64,000 nt of DNA, taken from positions 64,001-128,000 of IMG/VR virus record IMGVR_UViG_3300012346_000380; one strand, 5' to 3'. Source of the stretch: a virus. Its lineage: Duplodnaviria; Heunggongvirae; Uroviricota; Caudoviricetes. The notes under the pieces were generated by a model that was not told the origin of the DNA, made no database searches, and saw only the letters and a program-made list of their open reading frames with translations. This document shows positions 47,924-58,079 of this stretch, one piece after another (position 1 is the stretch's first letter; each line of letters begins with the position of its first letter). The translations under genes and the position numbers were made by a program.

Positions 47924-49894
47924 TTATCTTAATATATCTAGTTCAAATTGTTTATTAACAGCATCAGTGCATATTAACTCAACGTATGGTTTGGTTGTTA
48001 TAAAGTTTGAACTACTTAATGTTGAAATCAAAGTCCAACCTAAAGTAGAAGATTTTAAACTCCAAATTTTAACGTTAAAACCTGCCATGTTAATGGTATT
48101 GTTAAATTTAATTTTAACAACTTGACCTTTCTTCCATGTTGTTGCTGTGTCGTCTATGTATATATTAACATCATTAACAGCATCGTTTGATGAATTAACA
48201 TCGATAGCAATTCTATTAGTATATGGTTTTAATCTAGACCAAATAGCATAATTATTAGCCAACGTTGGATCAAATGGTGCAGTTGTTTCTATTTTAGAAC
48301 TAACTACCCAGTTTAAAAATGAAACTGGAGTAACATCAAACAAATAAGGTTCACATATTTCATAACCATCTACTGTATTAGTGATTTTGATAATATTACT
48401 AGTTGATTTGTCAATATTTATACCTGGGCCTGGCTTAATAACATCAATGTTATATTGAACTGAAGTTGGCACAGTACCATCTAACATTTGATTGATCTTA
48501 AGATTGGTAGATTGAATCAATGCTAATAAGGTATTAGACTGTGACATATTTAATTTAGCATTAGCTACGTCTTTTTCAATGTCAGAAATTCTATTTTTAA
48601 CATCTGCTATATCAGCTGAAGTTAAAATTAAGCTTTCGATGTCTGCAACTCTTGCAAACATTTCTGTATATTTTGTATCGGCATCTTTCAATAATTTAGT
48701 AGCATTACTAAGTGCAGAAACAGTATCTAAAAAGATGTCCATTCCAAATGTACTAAAATCATTGATGTTATTTTCAACACCCACGTTATCCATTGAACTG
48801 TTAAATTTAACATTCAATTTCAAAGAGAACGCATTACCATTTAAACCAGTAATATCGTTAGGTTTATATTTTGTTTGAGTTGGAATAAACCAACCAGATC
48901 CATTAGGATCTTCTTTAAAGTTATCTAATATTAAAACACCATATAAATTAGTTGATCTGTTTGTAGGTGTTGATTTAGAATATAAATCATAGTAAACTAA
49001 AATAGCATTAAATGTGAAATCTCCACCTCTTTTAGAATAATCAAAAAGAGAACTCATTTGAGCGTCATTTACTATTTTAGCGTATGACGATGCATTAAAA
49101 TCAATACCTAAAGCATTTTCAACAATTCCAGATTCATTAGGATCAATTATAATTTCAGAATTTGCATTATCTGTAATGCTTTCTAAATTAAGATTAATAT
49201 CAGGATGCGTTTGTCCAGCTCTGCCTTCGATAAAACTTCCAGGAACATATTGTAAAGCATTGGTATTATAAGTTGCAGATTTTAATAAAACGTTTGGTGT
49301 ATAACCAACTGCAGAAGGTACATTAATGAAAATTTCATTATAAACATCACCTTTATAATTCTTGTCATTAGAAACGTCTATGTTTCCTAAATATTTAATA
49401 ACTCTTTCGTATTCAGCACCTGTTAAAGCAGAATCGTCTAATTCGACCATTCTACTTAAAGAACCAACAGCTTCTTGAGAAGTTGCTGTTCTAGCTTGAA
49501 ATGCTCCAATTCTATTTAAATATTTAAAGAAAATCTTTTCGGCATCTGAACTAAAAATTGCACTATCAAAATCGTCATCGTTTAAAACCAACTGTTCAAG
49601 GTTTAATGCATAATTTTGAAATGTTTGTGCAAAATGAATGTTTGCATTACCGTTTAATGTAGTATCGTCGTATGCAGCACCAGAAGCATCAAATAATTTA
49701 TTAAATTGTATGTAGTTGTTTGTAGAACCCTGAGCAGGCGCAGTCATCACAGGTACTTTAACCAAAGCAAACTTTGAAAACTCAAAGTTTAAATCTGGAT
49801 TATAATAAGACCTTGTTAAATCTCTTGCTGATGAAGAAAAGGCATATAGCGTTCCTCCTTGTTCCTGTGGTATTCTAATTAATGGTGTTGCCAT
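47924..49894 (-). CDS. Putative structural protein (656 aa)
   Basis: Central coiled coil; tail module context. Confidence 0.55.
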   Translation of the reverse strand: MATPLIRIPQEQGGTLYAFSSSARDLTRSYYNPDLNFEFSKFALVKVPVMTAPAQGSTNNYIQFNKLFDASGAAYDDTTLNGNANIHFAQTFQNYALNLEQLVLNDDDFDSAIFSSDAEKIFFKYLNRIGAFQARTATSQEAVGSLSRMVELDDSALTGAEYERVIKYLGNIDVSNDKNYKGDVYNEIFINVPSAVGYTPNVLLKSATYNTNALQYVPGSFIEGRAGQTHPDINLNLESITDNANSEIIIDPNESGIVENALGIDFNASSYAKIVNDAQMSSLFDYSKRGGDFTFNAILVYYDLYSKSTPTNRSTNLYGVLILDNFKEDPNGSGWFIPTQTKYKPNDITGLNGNAFSLKLNVKFNSSMDNVGVENNINDFSTFGMDIFLDTVSALSNATKLLKDADTKYTEMFARVADIESLILTSADIADVKNRISDIEKDVANAKLNMSQSNTLLALIQSTNLKINQMLDGTVPTSVQYNIDVIKPGPGINIDKSTSNIIKITNTVDGYEICEPYLFDVTPVSFLNWVVSSKIETTAPFDPTLANNYAIWSRLKPYTNRIAIDVNSSNDAVNDVNIYIDDTATTWKKGQVVKIKFNNTINMAGFNVKIWSLKSSTLGWTLISTLSSSNFITTKPYVELICTDAVNKQFELDILR

Positions 49895-49927
49895 TGAGCG
49901 AAATTTCTTTTATGTTTTGTGATTCAA

Positions 49928-50488
49928 TTATAGAATAGTAGCTAAATAACTAGATACGATATTCCAAAAACCTTCAGCGAATCTAACAGTTAATGTTGCT
50001 TTATCTGCTAAAGAGATTGATGTAGCTCCAGAAACGTATGTTGTATCAATACTTAATGTTCCACCATTAGCCATGATAGTAATTTCTTGTCCAGCATTAC
50101 CAACAGGTAAATTAACACTATTGATTGTTGAAGCATCTACAATATAAGTAGAATGCAAAAACGCATTAGCTGCAGGTAAATCAGAAGTACCAGTAATTGG
50201 TCCGATTTTTCTAATAGAATATGCAACATCAGCATTAGCAGTAAATGTACTATTAATAGTTACAGGAACAGCAGATGTTACAGCAGTTGAATTTGCTATG
50301 AATTTATTAGATGCTACGTTTAATGAACCAAATGCACTAGCACCAGCTAATGTAATAGTTTCGTTTGTAGTGTCTAATACACCAGCAATAGAGGCTAAAT
50401 CGTTATTAACGTTAGCGAAATTGTCATTGATAGTTACTCTAGACGAAGAAACGCTGTCAGTACCTAAAATTAAAGTTATGTTTGCCAT
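49928..50488 (-). CDS. Putative fibre-like structural protein (186 aa)
   Basis: SRVTINDNFANV N-terminal anchor-type motif; Ser/Thr/Ala-rich beta strands. Confidence 0.55.
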   Translation of the reverse strand: MANITLILGTDSVSSSRVTINDNFANVNNDLASIAGVLDTTNETITLAGASAFGSLNVASNKFIANSTAVTSAVPVTINSTFTANADVAYSIRKIGPITGTSDLPAANAFLHSTYIVDASTINSVNLPVGNAGQEITIMANGGTLSIDTTYVSGATSISLADKATLTVRFAEGFWNIVSSYLATIL

Positions 50489-50573
50489 TTTTGAACAGTT
50501 TGTTTGTTATTTTAATGTGACGCTTTATCACGTATTATTGTATTATATATCATCTTTAAAATTGAACCTGAAA

Positions 50574-53402
50574 CTAAATATACAATTCTTCAGCTTTGAC
50601 TATAGAAAGCATATTTCTGGTGATTTCATTTTTGTTTCCATTACTATCTATTAATTCTAGTTTTATAGCATAATCGCCTCTTTCTGAAAACAAATAAGTC
50701 AACCATTGGTTATAACAAGTAACTTCTTCAAACAGTGGATTTGAAGTATTATTTATAGTCCATTTCCAAGAAACTACTCCTGGCATATTTGTTTTTTCAA
50801 ATGCAAATGTCAAGTGTGTCATTAAGGTTACTTTTGCATGATCATCAAACACAACAACGTCATTCCATGTAGGATTATATGCAGTGTAATGTACTTTACC
50901 AATAACTTCACCACCAGTTGAACTTTCAAAATACACATCTTCAAAATCATAAGTTGAAGAATATTCTTTACCAACTGCTAGAATTTCGTATGCAAAATCA
51001 TCAGTATCATATAAACCATCTGCATCTGCATCTATTATCACTTGATTCCATGTGAATTTAGAAAAAATAGGGTTTGTTGCAGGCGTTAATGTATTTAATT
51101 CATTACATATTGCAATCCAGGCATTAATATCTGTTTGATCTGTTGGATATGGATTTTGAATAGTATAAGACTCGTAAATAAATTCTTGAGTACCGGGAAT
51201 TCTCCATTTGATAGTTAATGGTGTTCCATTATAATATCCATTTGGAAAGTGATTTTGTCTAATATCTATTTTAAATGAAGCTGCCAAATCTGAGCCGATT
51301 CTAGTAGAATCCCACGTATTATTTAAAGCATCATTCCATGTTTGTTGTTTTAATCTATTCCAAATATAAGGACCTGTTGTTTCACTAAAAGAAGTTGGAG
51401 AACTAACATCTAAATATCTACTAACTGTAGAAAATTCTACGCCAGCTGCATCATTATATATGTAGTTGTTTCTGTCTAGTGTTAAATACCACGAAGCCAT
51501 CATATCATTTACCAAGACTGGACTATCTTGTGAAAAGTCATAGAATCCACCTGCTAAATCCCAAGTATATGCTTGATCTTCCCAAGATTCGTTGTGATTT
51601 TTCCATTCATATAAACCATAAATCTCTACAGATTTATTTTCAACTTTTATTTCAGAATCTTTAATTGTAAATGATCTAGAATTATATAAGTCATACATAT
51701 TTAATGTAACATTATAAATTCCAGAATAAGGCAATACTAAAGCCATGTTATAAAGATCCTTGACAGCGCCTCTATAAGTTACTAGATAATCTTTAGGTCC
51801 ACTTACAATCCATTCAATTTCATAAACATCTCTAGACCAAATATTGTCCCATGTGTAAATAGATGCTCCATTATTAGTATAGTCATTCGCTGCTAAGTCT
51901 GTATCATTCCATGTATAATCTGCATCGTCATAAAAATCAGACAGCGAGGTAGCTTCTAAAACAACAGGGCAACCGATTGGCACATTACTTAGAGTAGTAA
52001 ACGTATTTAATTCTTTATCATAATAATGATTATAGAAATCTTTAATATCTGCAATAACGCTAGTATTTAAAATTGGTTGTAATGGAAAAGAATTGGTATC
52101 AGTTGCTAAGTCTTGACTAACTAATCTTAAATCTTCTATAAACAATCTTCTTTTTGGAAATACATGAAAATCAACTTCAATACCTGCACTTTGTACTTGG
52201 ATTGTGTTTTGATTATTCCAAACGTTTTGCGTAAATTGACTAAAGAAATCACCTTCGGCGGTGATGTCTATAATCTTAGCTTGCAAAGGCAAGTATTCTG
52301 TTTGTAACTTTCTTTTTAAGCCATATAATTTTATTAAGACTTCGTCTGGTGTAAAATCAAATGTTTCTTTTACAACAGGTAAATCCCATTCATCTAAAGA
52401 TCCAGTCGGTTCATTTATTCTATAAACTAATGAAAATCTAGAAGTTTTCTTATGATTAGAATTAGGTAATTCTATTTTATCAGCTTTAGACGCTAAAAAT
52501 CCATGAGTATCTTGATTAGGTATTGCAACGGCCATTAATTTACCAAAACCTGGTGTTTGTTCATTGATGTTTAACCAATACTCTTTTATAGTTAAATTAT
52601 CATAACCATAAAATTTCATAGCATTCAAAAGAGCTTTATAGGTACCTATAAATGGCATTATGTTATGCGCTTCTAAGAGTAATTCTTTTCTTTTATTATT
52701 GATGATTTTCCAATCTGTTGAAATTTCATTAATATCAGAATCTCTAAAGATAATACCGTCTTCTTCTTTGATAGAAGCTCCCATGTTTGAAAGTAATACA
52801 CTTAATCTCTCATCTTCAGCTTCTGTTTCTCCATATATTAAAATCTTTGCAATGTGAACATAGCCGCCGTTTTCAGTTGCATAAATATTTAAAGTTCTAG
52901 TATGAATACCTTCAACATCTGAATGTAAAGTAATATTACAAGAAATCGGTGTTTTATCAATAGAATCAGAAACTTCTTTATAATCGTGAGTTTCGCCAGC
53001 GACGTTAGAAGTATGATTAGTTTGTTGATATGTTATAACATTTGTTGAATTTGTCTTTGCTAGGATTTCTTCAGAATACGAAGTAAATTCTAATACATTA
53101 TATTCATTATCAACTATGTCTATTGAATATAATTTAATGTCTTCACTAAAATCAAAATCTGACTCCAAATCAAAAAGAAACAAATTCTCATCAGCATCGT
53201 CTGAAATAGGTCTAACATATTCTAAAACACCAGAAGACGTAACGACTTCTTCAAAGACGAATAAATTAGCAGTCTCATATAAACCAACCGAAACTTTAGG
53301 CAGATAAATTGAACCTGTCCAAAGTTCTAGTGTTGAATCATAAGAAAAATCTAATTCTCCAGAAGCTCCGTTAAAAAATCTTAAATTTTGATATTTTGTC
53401 AT
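50574..53402 (-). CDS. Baseplate wedge protein (gp7-like candidate)
   Basis: FIGTYKALLNAMKFYG segment; follows the gp25- and gp6-like genes; C-terminal PKD-like domain. Confidence 0.5.
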   Translation of the reverse strand: MTKYQNLRFFNGASGELDFSYDSTLELWTGSIYLPKVSVGLYETANLFVFEEVVTSSGVLEYVRPISDDADENLFLFDLESDFDFSEDIKLYSIDIVDNEYNVLEFTSYSEEILAKTNSTNVITYQQTNHTSNVAGETHDYKEVSDSIDKTPISCNITLHSDVEGIHTRTLNIYATENGGYVHIAKILIYGETEAEDERLSVLLSNMGASIKEEDGIIFRDSDINEISTDWKIINNKRKELLLEAHNIMPFIGTYKALLNAMKFYGYDNLTIKEYWLNINEQTPGFGKLMAVAIPNQDTHGFLASKADKIELPNSNHKKTSRFSLVYRINEPTGSLDEWDLPVVKETFDFTPDEVLIKLYGLKRKLQTEYLPLQAKIIDITAEGDFFSQFTQNVWNNQNTIQVQSAGIEVDFHVFPKRRLFIEDLRLVSQDLATDTNSFPLQPILNTSVIADIKDFYNHYYDKELNTFTTLSNVPIGCPVVLEATSLSDFYDDADYTWNDTDLAANDYTNNGASIYTWDNIWSRDVYEIEWIVSGPKDYLVTYRGAVKDLYNMALVLPYSGIYNVTLNMYDLYNSRSFTIKDSEIKVENKSVEIYGLYEWKNHNESWEDQAYTWDLAGGFYDFSQDSPVLVNDMMASWYLTLDRNNYIYNDAAGVEFSTVSRYLDVSSPTSFSETTGPYIWNRLKQQTWNDALNNTWDSTRIGSDLAASFKIDIRQNHFPNGYYNGTPLTIKWRIPGTQEFIYESYTIQNPYPTDQTDINAWIAICNELNTLTPATNPIFSKFTWNQVIIDADADGLYDTDDFAYEILAVGKEYSSTYDFEDVYFESSTGGEVIGKVHYTAYNPTWNDVVVFDDHAKVTLMTHLTFAFEKTNMPGVVSWKWTINNTSNPLFEEVTCYNQWLTYLFSERGDYAIKLELIDSNGNKNEITRNMLSIVKAEELYI

Positions 53403-53403
53403 G

Positions 53404-53685
53404 TTATCTTACTTTCGTATAGTCTTTTTTGACAGTATATGATTTGTATACTCTAAGAGTCGTTACTGTATTTATAAACCTTATTATCGGTAACTGTATG
53501 AGATTGATAAAGTTGGCTAAATATTCGTTTTTAAATAATAATGGTGAAAGATTTTTACGCATTAGATCTTCAGAGAAATCATAACCTGTATTTTTTCTAT
53601 CATCTTTTGCAGAATCAGTTGCATCATAAATACTTATTTTAGTATTTTTGAATAAACCATCTAACATATCTTCGTTTTGTGCCAT
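53404..53685 (-). CDS. Small baseplate-associated hypothetical protein
   Basis: Coupled between the gp6-like and gp7-like genes. Confidence 0.55.
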   Translation of the reverse strand: MAQNEDMLDGLFKNTKISIYDATDSAKDDRKNTGYDFSEDLMRKNLSPLLFKNEYLANFINLIQLPIIRFINTVTTLRVYKSYTVKKDYTKVR

Positions 53686-55502
53686 TATATTTTCTTTCTA
53701 TTTTGTGTTTGTATTGTAGAGAAAATAGTATTAGGTCTAGCAGGCTCATCAAAATAAACTGAAAGTGCAGCTTGTTCTCCTAATAAAGCATTATCTAAAA
53801 CTGTAACATCATCTCTATCTGTCCAATCACCTCTAAATAAAGCTACTTGTTCTTTACCTAAAATAATATCACCAAATGAATCTAAACCAATTACTGATTC
53901 TGGAAGTGGATCGTTGGGTGCAAAGTTTACTGTGGTTTTTGTTACTGTCTTTTTAAAGAATACAAATTTAGATTGACCATTTCCAACATCTTGTAATGTT
54001 GGTGTAGAAGGTGTAACTGTTGTAGAAGTTACTGTGTAATAACCATTTTTTCTAGCTATTTCTTCAGTCTCAGACACAAATCTAACATTCACAGAGTCAA
54101 CACCATTAACAGATTCGATTATAGCAATAATGTCTGACTTAGGCAAACGATCTCTTCTAGTAATATTCATTAAATAATCTGAAACTTTAGATCTAATCTC
54201 TGTGAAAATATCTTGTTTAGCATAGTTTTCAAAGTATCTTACTTTAATGTCCATTCTAAATCTTAAAACTTCAGGATTTACAATTTGAACCTCAGTAGTT
54301 ACCATTTGTTGGCCTGATTTTTCTAAAGTCGTTAAGATTGCCGTTTTCTCGTCTTGTGAAAAGAAGAATTCATCAACTGGCAAACTAAAGTAATCTTGAT
54401 TATTAGTTAATTTTCTTTTAACATCAGGTAACATAAACAAATAAATGATATTGTCATCATCTAAATATCCATCATCGGTTGTATTATAAGCATCTAAATA
54501 AGAAAACATTCCGTATTTAGATAAAAAGTATTCATAATTTTCAGGTGTTGCAAGAACAAATGATTTTGAAGCTAAAGGAGCTATTAATTTAGTTAAGTTT
54601 AAATTTTCTTCATCTGCGCCCATGATTGGTGCAACAGTACATTGAACATCTAAGACATCATTTAAATTATGAGAATTTCCCATAGAATCAAAACCTTGTG
54701 TTTCAAATTTAAAGGTTAAATCCTTAGAGTGATTTAAATTTCCTAATGCACCTCTAGAAACTAAATATTCAACTTGAATAGAAGCACCAGTCTGTGGTAC
54801 GGCACCAAAGTTACCATTACCAAAATAAAGATCTAAACCTCCTGTAATTCCAGTTTTGATTAAATAACCTTTAGTTGTTGGTTTCATATCATATAAAGAA
54901 TCATACTTTTCCCATTTTTCACCATTAACAGAAACTGTAACATTATCATGATCACTTTTTCTAGTTATGATATTAAAGGATTGTAAATCATTTCCATTAG
55001 ATGTAACTGTTTGCGTTTCAAAAACACCTTGTATAATTGGAATATAGATATAATTAGAATTAGATTTTTCAATTCTAAATTGATCTGCATTAGTTCTTAG
55101 TGCATATTTTAAACCATTTGATTGAGATGTGATAATTGCATTAGCTGGAATGTTTAACGTGCTGCCTGCGATGTCACCGGCTGAAGACGTATTCAATCTA
55201 ATCTTAATTTCACCAATAGCGCTGGCACCTCTGTATGAATCATGGCCAGCTAATCTAGCCAAACCATACACTGATTCAGGTTGTTGAGCAGTTATAATAT
55301 TTTGTTCAACTGTTGAATTTTCAACATAAAAGAATATCAATTCCCCTAATTCAGAAACTACTTGTATAATTTGTGAAAAAGGTGATGCTGTTGTAAACAA
55401 TTCACCTAAACGACCGTACACTCGACCTATGTAGGTCTTAGTGTCGTCTAACATCTCAGTTGCTTTAATTCTAGATGTTGATAAAAATTTTAAATTTGCC
55501 AT
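53685..55502 (-). CDS. gp6: Baseplate wedge protein (gp6 / baseplate-J-like)
   Basis: ARLAGH, LYFGNGNFG, LATPENYE, LPKSDII; follows the gp25-like gene. Confidence 0.8.
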   Translation of the reverse strand: MANLKFLSTSRIKATEMLDDTKTYIGRVYGRLGELFTTASPFSQIIQVVSELGELIFFYVENSTVEQNIITAQQPESVYGLARLAGHDSYRGASAIGEIKIRLNTSSAGDIAGSTLNIPANAIITSQSNGLKYALRTNADQFRIEKSNSNYIYIPIIQGVFETQTVTSNGNDLQSFNIITRKSDHDNVTVSVNGEKWEKYDSLYDMKPTTKGYLIKTGITGGLDLYFGNGNFGAVPQTGASIQVEYLVSRGALGNLNHSKDLTFKFETQGFDSMGNSHNLNDVLDVQCTVAPIMGADEENLNLTKLIAPLASKSFVLATPENYEYFLSKYGMFSYLDAYNTTDDGYLDDDNIIYLFMLPDVKRKLTNNQDYFSLPVDEFFFSQDEKTAILTTLEKSGQQMVTTEVQIVNPEVLRFRMDIKVRYFENYAKQDIFTEIRSKVSDYLMNITRRDRLPKSDIIAIIESVNGVDSVNVRFVSETEEIARKNGYYTVTSTTVTPSTPTLQDVGNGQSKFVFFKKTVTKTTVNFAPNDPLPESVIGLDSFGDIILGKEQVALFRGDWTDRDDVTVLDNALLGEQAALSVYFDEPARPNTIFSTIQTQNRKKI

Positions 55503-55517
55503 TTAGTTTTAAATGTT

Positions 55518-55871
55518 TTATATTATTACTTTGATTTGATATTGAGAATCTATAGTTACGTCTATAAATATAGCGTCTCTATCTTCACCTCTTTCATACG
55601 TAGTAGATACAACTGTTTGTAATCTTCTAGCTAATGGACAATATCTGTCAATCTGTTGGTTTATTTCACGAGTTAACTGAAAATCATTATAGCTGAATTC
55701 AAATATAAGACTTTCTAAATCACAACCAAAATCGGGTTCACCTAAAACTTCTCCTTTTTTAGTAAAAAGAAGAACTTCAAGTTGTGTAATTGCTTGTGCG
55801 ATGTCACTTTCTGATTGTAGTTTATACCTGTCAAAATGTGGATCTTCAATAGATTTTATATAGAATTCCAT
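55518..55871 (-). CDS. gp25: Baseplate wedge subunit gp25-like
   Basis: LLFTKKGEVLGEPDFGCDLESLIFE. Confidence 0.88.
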   Translation of the reverse strand: MEFYIKSIEDPHFDRYKLQSESDIAQAITQLEVLLFTKKGEVLGEPDFGCDLESLIFEFSYNDFQLTREINQQIDRYCPLARRLQTVVSTTYERGEDRDAIFIDVTIDSQYQIKVII

Positions 55872-55886
55872 TAAGTATATATTTTA

Positions 55887-56720
55887 TTAAGAATGCATCA
55901 TCCAATCTGTACCTTCATCAGACTTGATTTCTTCTATAACTGCTTCTAATTCACTTTCGCCTAGACTTTGAATTGCATCAGCATTAACTGAGATTCCACC
56001 TGGTAAATTATAACCAAAGATTTGCATTTTATTTCCTAAAGATATTTTAATTTTTGCTGAGCAATATCTAAAGAATGCTTCATCTGCAAAAAGAGCACAT
56101 TCAGGAATAGTTTCATATATTTCTAAAACTATATCTTTTTTAGGCAATTCTCCAGTAAAACGAATCTCGTGTGTTAATTGATTGTAATTAAAACTCAATG
56201 GATTATTTAAGATCTGTCTAGTTAAATCAAAATAACTTTCGTTAATTACATAATATTGTAAATTCTCAGCGCCTGCAACAGTACCAGTACCTCCGTAAAG
56301 ACCACCATATAACATTCTTTCTACTGCGAAGTCACCCGTTGTAAAAGTAACTGAAGTTCCAGAACCAAATCTAGATCCAATTTCACGAACACCATAAACC
56401 GAATATACTTCACCGCCACCTGTCAATGGATCTTCCTTTGGTAAAGTAAATGATCTTGTCTGTTTAAAATAATCTGTTTTAAAAAGAGCTATTGGTAAAA
56501 TATAAAAACTCTCTTTCATAGAGTATTCATAATTTTTATAAAACCATTTCTTAGCGCGTTGCACTATGTTATAAACTTCTTTTTTGGGTAAGTTCATAGG
56601 GATCATACAAGATCCTGTAATATCGTCTGCTAATTGATTTAAAAAATCATTAGCACATGAACTATCCCAAGATGGTGGAGTAGTAATACCTGGTAATTGT
56701 CCGTCGTTAATATTGCTCAT
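55887..56720 (-). CDS. gp13: Neck protein gp13-like
   Basis: RYCSAKIKISLG...NLPGGISVNADAIQSLGESELEAVIEEI. Confidence 0.8.
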   Translation of the reverse strand: MSNINDGQLPGITTPPSWDSSCANDFLNQLADDITGSCMIPMNLPKKEVYNIVQRAKKWFYKNYEYSMKESFYILPIALFKTDYFKQTRSFTLPKEDPLTGGGEVYSVYGVREIGSRFGSGTSVTFTTGDFAVERMLYGGLYGGTGTVAGAENLQYYVINESYFDLTRQILNNPLSFNYNQLTHEIRFTGELPKKDIVLEIYETIPECALFADEAFFRYCSAKIKISLGNKMQIFGYNLPGGISVNADAIQSLGESELEAVIEEIKSDEGTDWMMHS

Positions 56721-56729
56721 ACTTGTTAA

Positions 56730-58031
56730 TTATATTTTGTAAGATTTTATTATCTCAACATCATCAAATTTTGCAAACTTTGCATCGTATTTACCTTCTC
56801 TAAAGATTCCGCCTTGCATAGTTCCTTTAAATATAGTGTCAGATCCATATACATAGCAGTTTTTAAGCACTGCATTCCATGCTGTTTGTGATGAACCTAC
56901 TTTTGAATTATTGACTTGAGTGTTATAATAGATATTGCAATTTTTAATATCAGATGACTGTATATCACATGTAAAGAAATCGCAATACGTAAATTCACCT
57001 TGTAATGAACATCCAATAAATTCATAAGCTTCTAATTGAAAGCAATATGGTAAATGTCCATCTTGTACTTGAATTCTACCAGCATCAGAATCATAATTGA
57101 TATTTCCTTTGTCCATTTGACCTTGAGTAAATAACAAAGCTACTCTTTCTTTTATCTGTGGCCAATATAAATCTAAAACACCAGGATCATTTGACATATC
57201 CACTGTGAATTTACATTTTGGAAAGTTCTTTTCGATATTTCTCCAATCGACTCTTAGATCAATTACTTTTTTGTTATCTGCTAAAATCTTTTTAAGTTCG
57301 ATTTTGTTTAAATCATTAAAAGATGTTTGATTGTCACTTGCAGTTGTCCATAATTGAACTAAGAAATAATCCATAAGATTTAAAATCTTAGCAGATTTTT
57401 CATGCCAGTTTTCACCACCTAAATATCTAAATTCAAGATAGTTCTTTTGAAGTTTTTCAAAGTTAACTCCGTAGTATTTTGTTCTAGGAAATATAAAGTT
57501 GTTTGAACTAATATGCTCACCGTTATAAGAATATGTTTCAATTCTAGGAATTACAAACTTTATTGATTTTGCGTATGTTGAATCTTGTCTATTTGGAAAT
57601 GCTTTCCAAACTTTGTCTTCATTAAAATCCAAGATAAATTTTAAAGGATTCATTTTAGAAAGTAAGTTTTTATTACCAGATAATTCTGGATTAAAACTTA
57701 AATTTAAATGAATAGAAGATCTATCTGTAGTGTAACCATTCTTTTTAATCCAGTCACACATCTTGATAATCATTAATCTACATGCAGAATAAGGAACAGC
57801 GCCTGTAACTAATTCAATTAATCCAGCTCCACCAGACATATCCGGTTCCATTTTAAATTCATCCTGTGTTGGTTGAAATTCACTATGGGCTTTCTTTTCT
57901 ACACGTATTTTCTTACCAAGTAATTTGCCAACTTCTTTGGCTGTATCTTCAATGCTTGTATTAGAATAGAATTCGAATTCTACTCCGACTAGAGCTTTTG
58001 ATAAAATGTCTGAGTCTTTAAGGTTTATCAT
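56730..58031 (-). CDS. Putative amidoligase (COOH-NH2 ligase) with C-terminal beta-helix-like repeats
   Basis: VGVEFEF, EPDMS..IELVT, SSIHLNLS, KYYGVN, LEFRYLGG. Confidence 0.7.
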   Translation of the reverse strand: MINLKDSDILSKALVGVEFEFYSNTSIEDTAKEVGKLLGKKIRVEKKAHSEFQPTQDEFKMEPDMSGGAGLIELVTGAVPYSACRLMIIKMCDWIKKNGYTTDRSSIHLNLSFNPELSGNKNLLSKMNPLKFILDFNEDKVWKAFPNRQDSTYAKSIKFVIPRIETYSYNGEHISSNNFIFPRTKYYGVNFEKLQKNYLEFRYLGGENWHEKSAKILNLMDYFLVQLWTTASDNQTSFNDLNKIELKKILADNKKVIDLRVDWRNIEKNFPKCKFTVDMSNDPGVLDLYWPQIKERVALLFTQGQMDKGNINYDSDAGRIQVQDGHLPYCFQLEAYEFIGCSLQGEFTYCDFFTCDIQSSDIKNCNIYYNTQVNNSKVGSSQTAWNAVLKNCYVYGSDTIFKGTMQGGIFREGKYDAKFAKFDDVEIIKSYKI

Positions 58032-58079
58032 TTATATAATGAATGTTATTAGTTCACTATATATATCCTTACAAATTAT

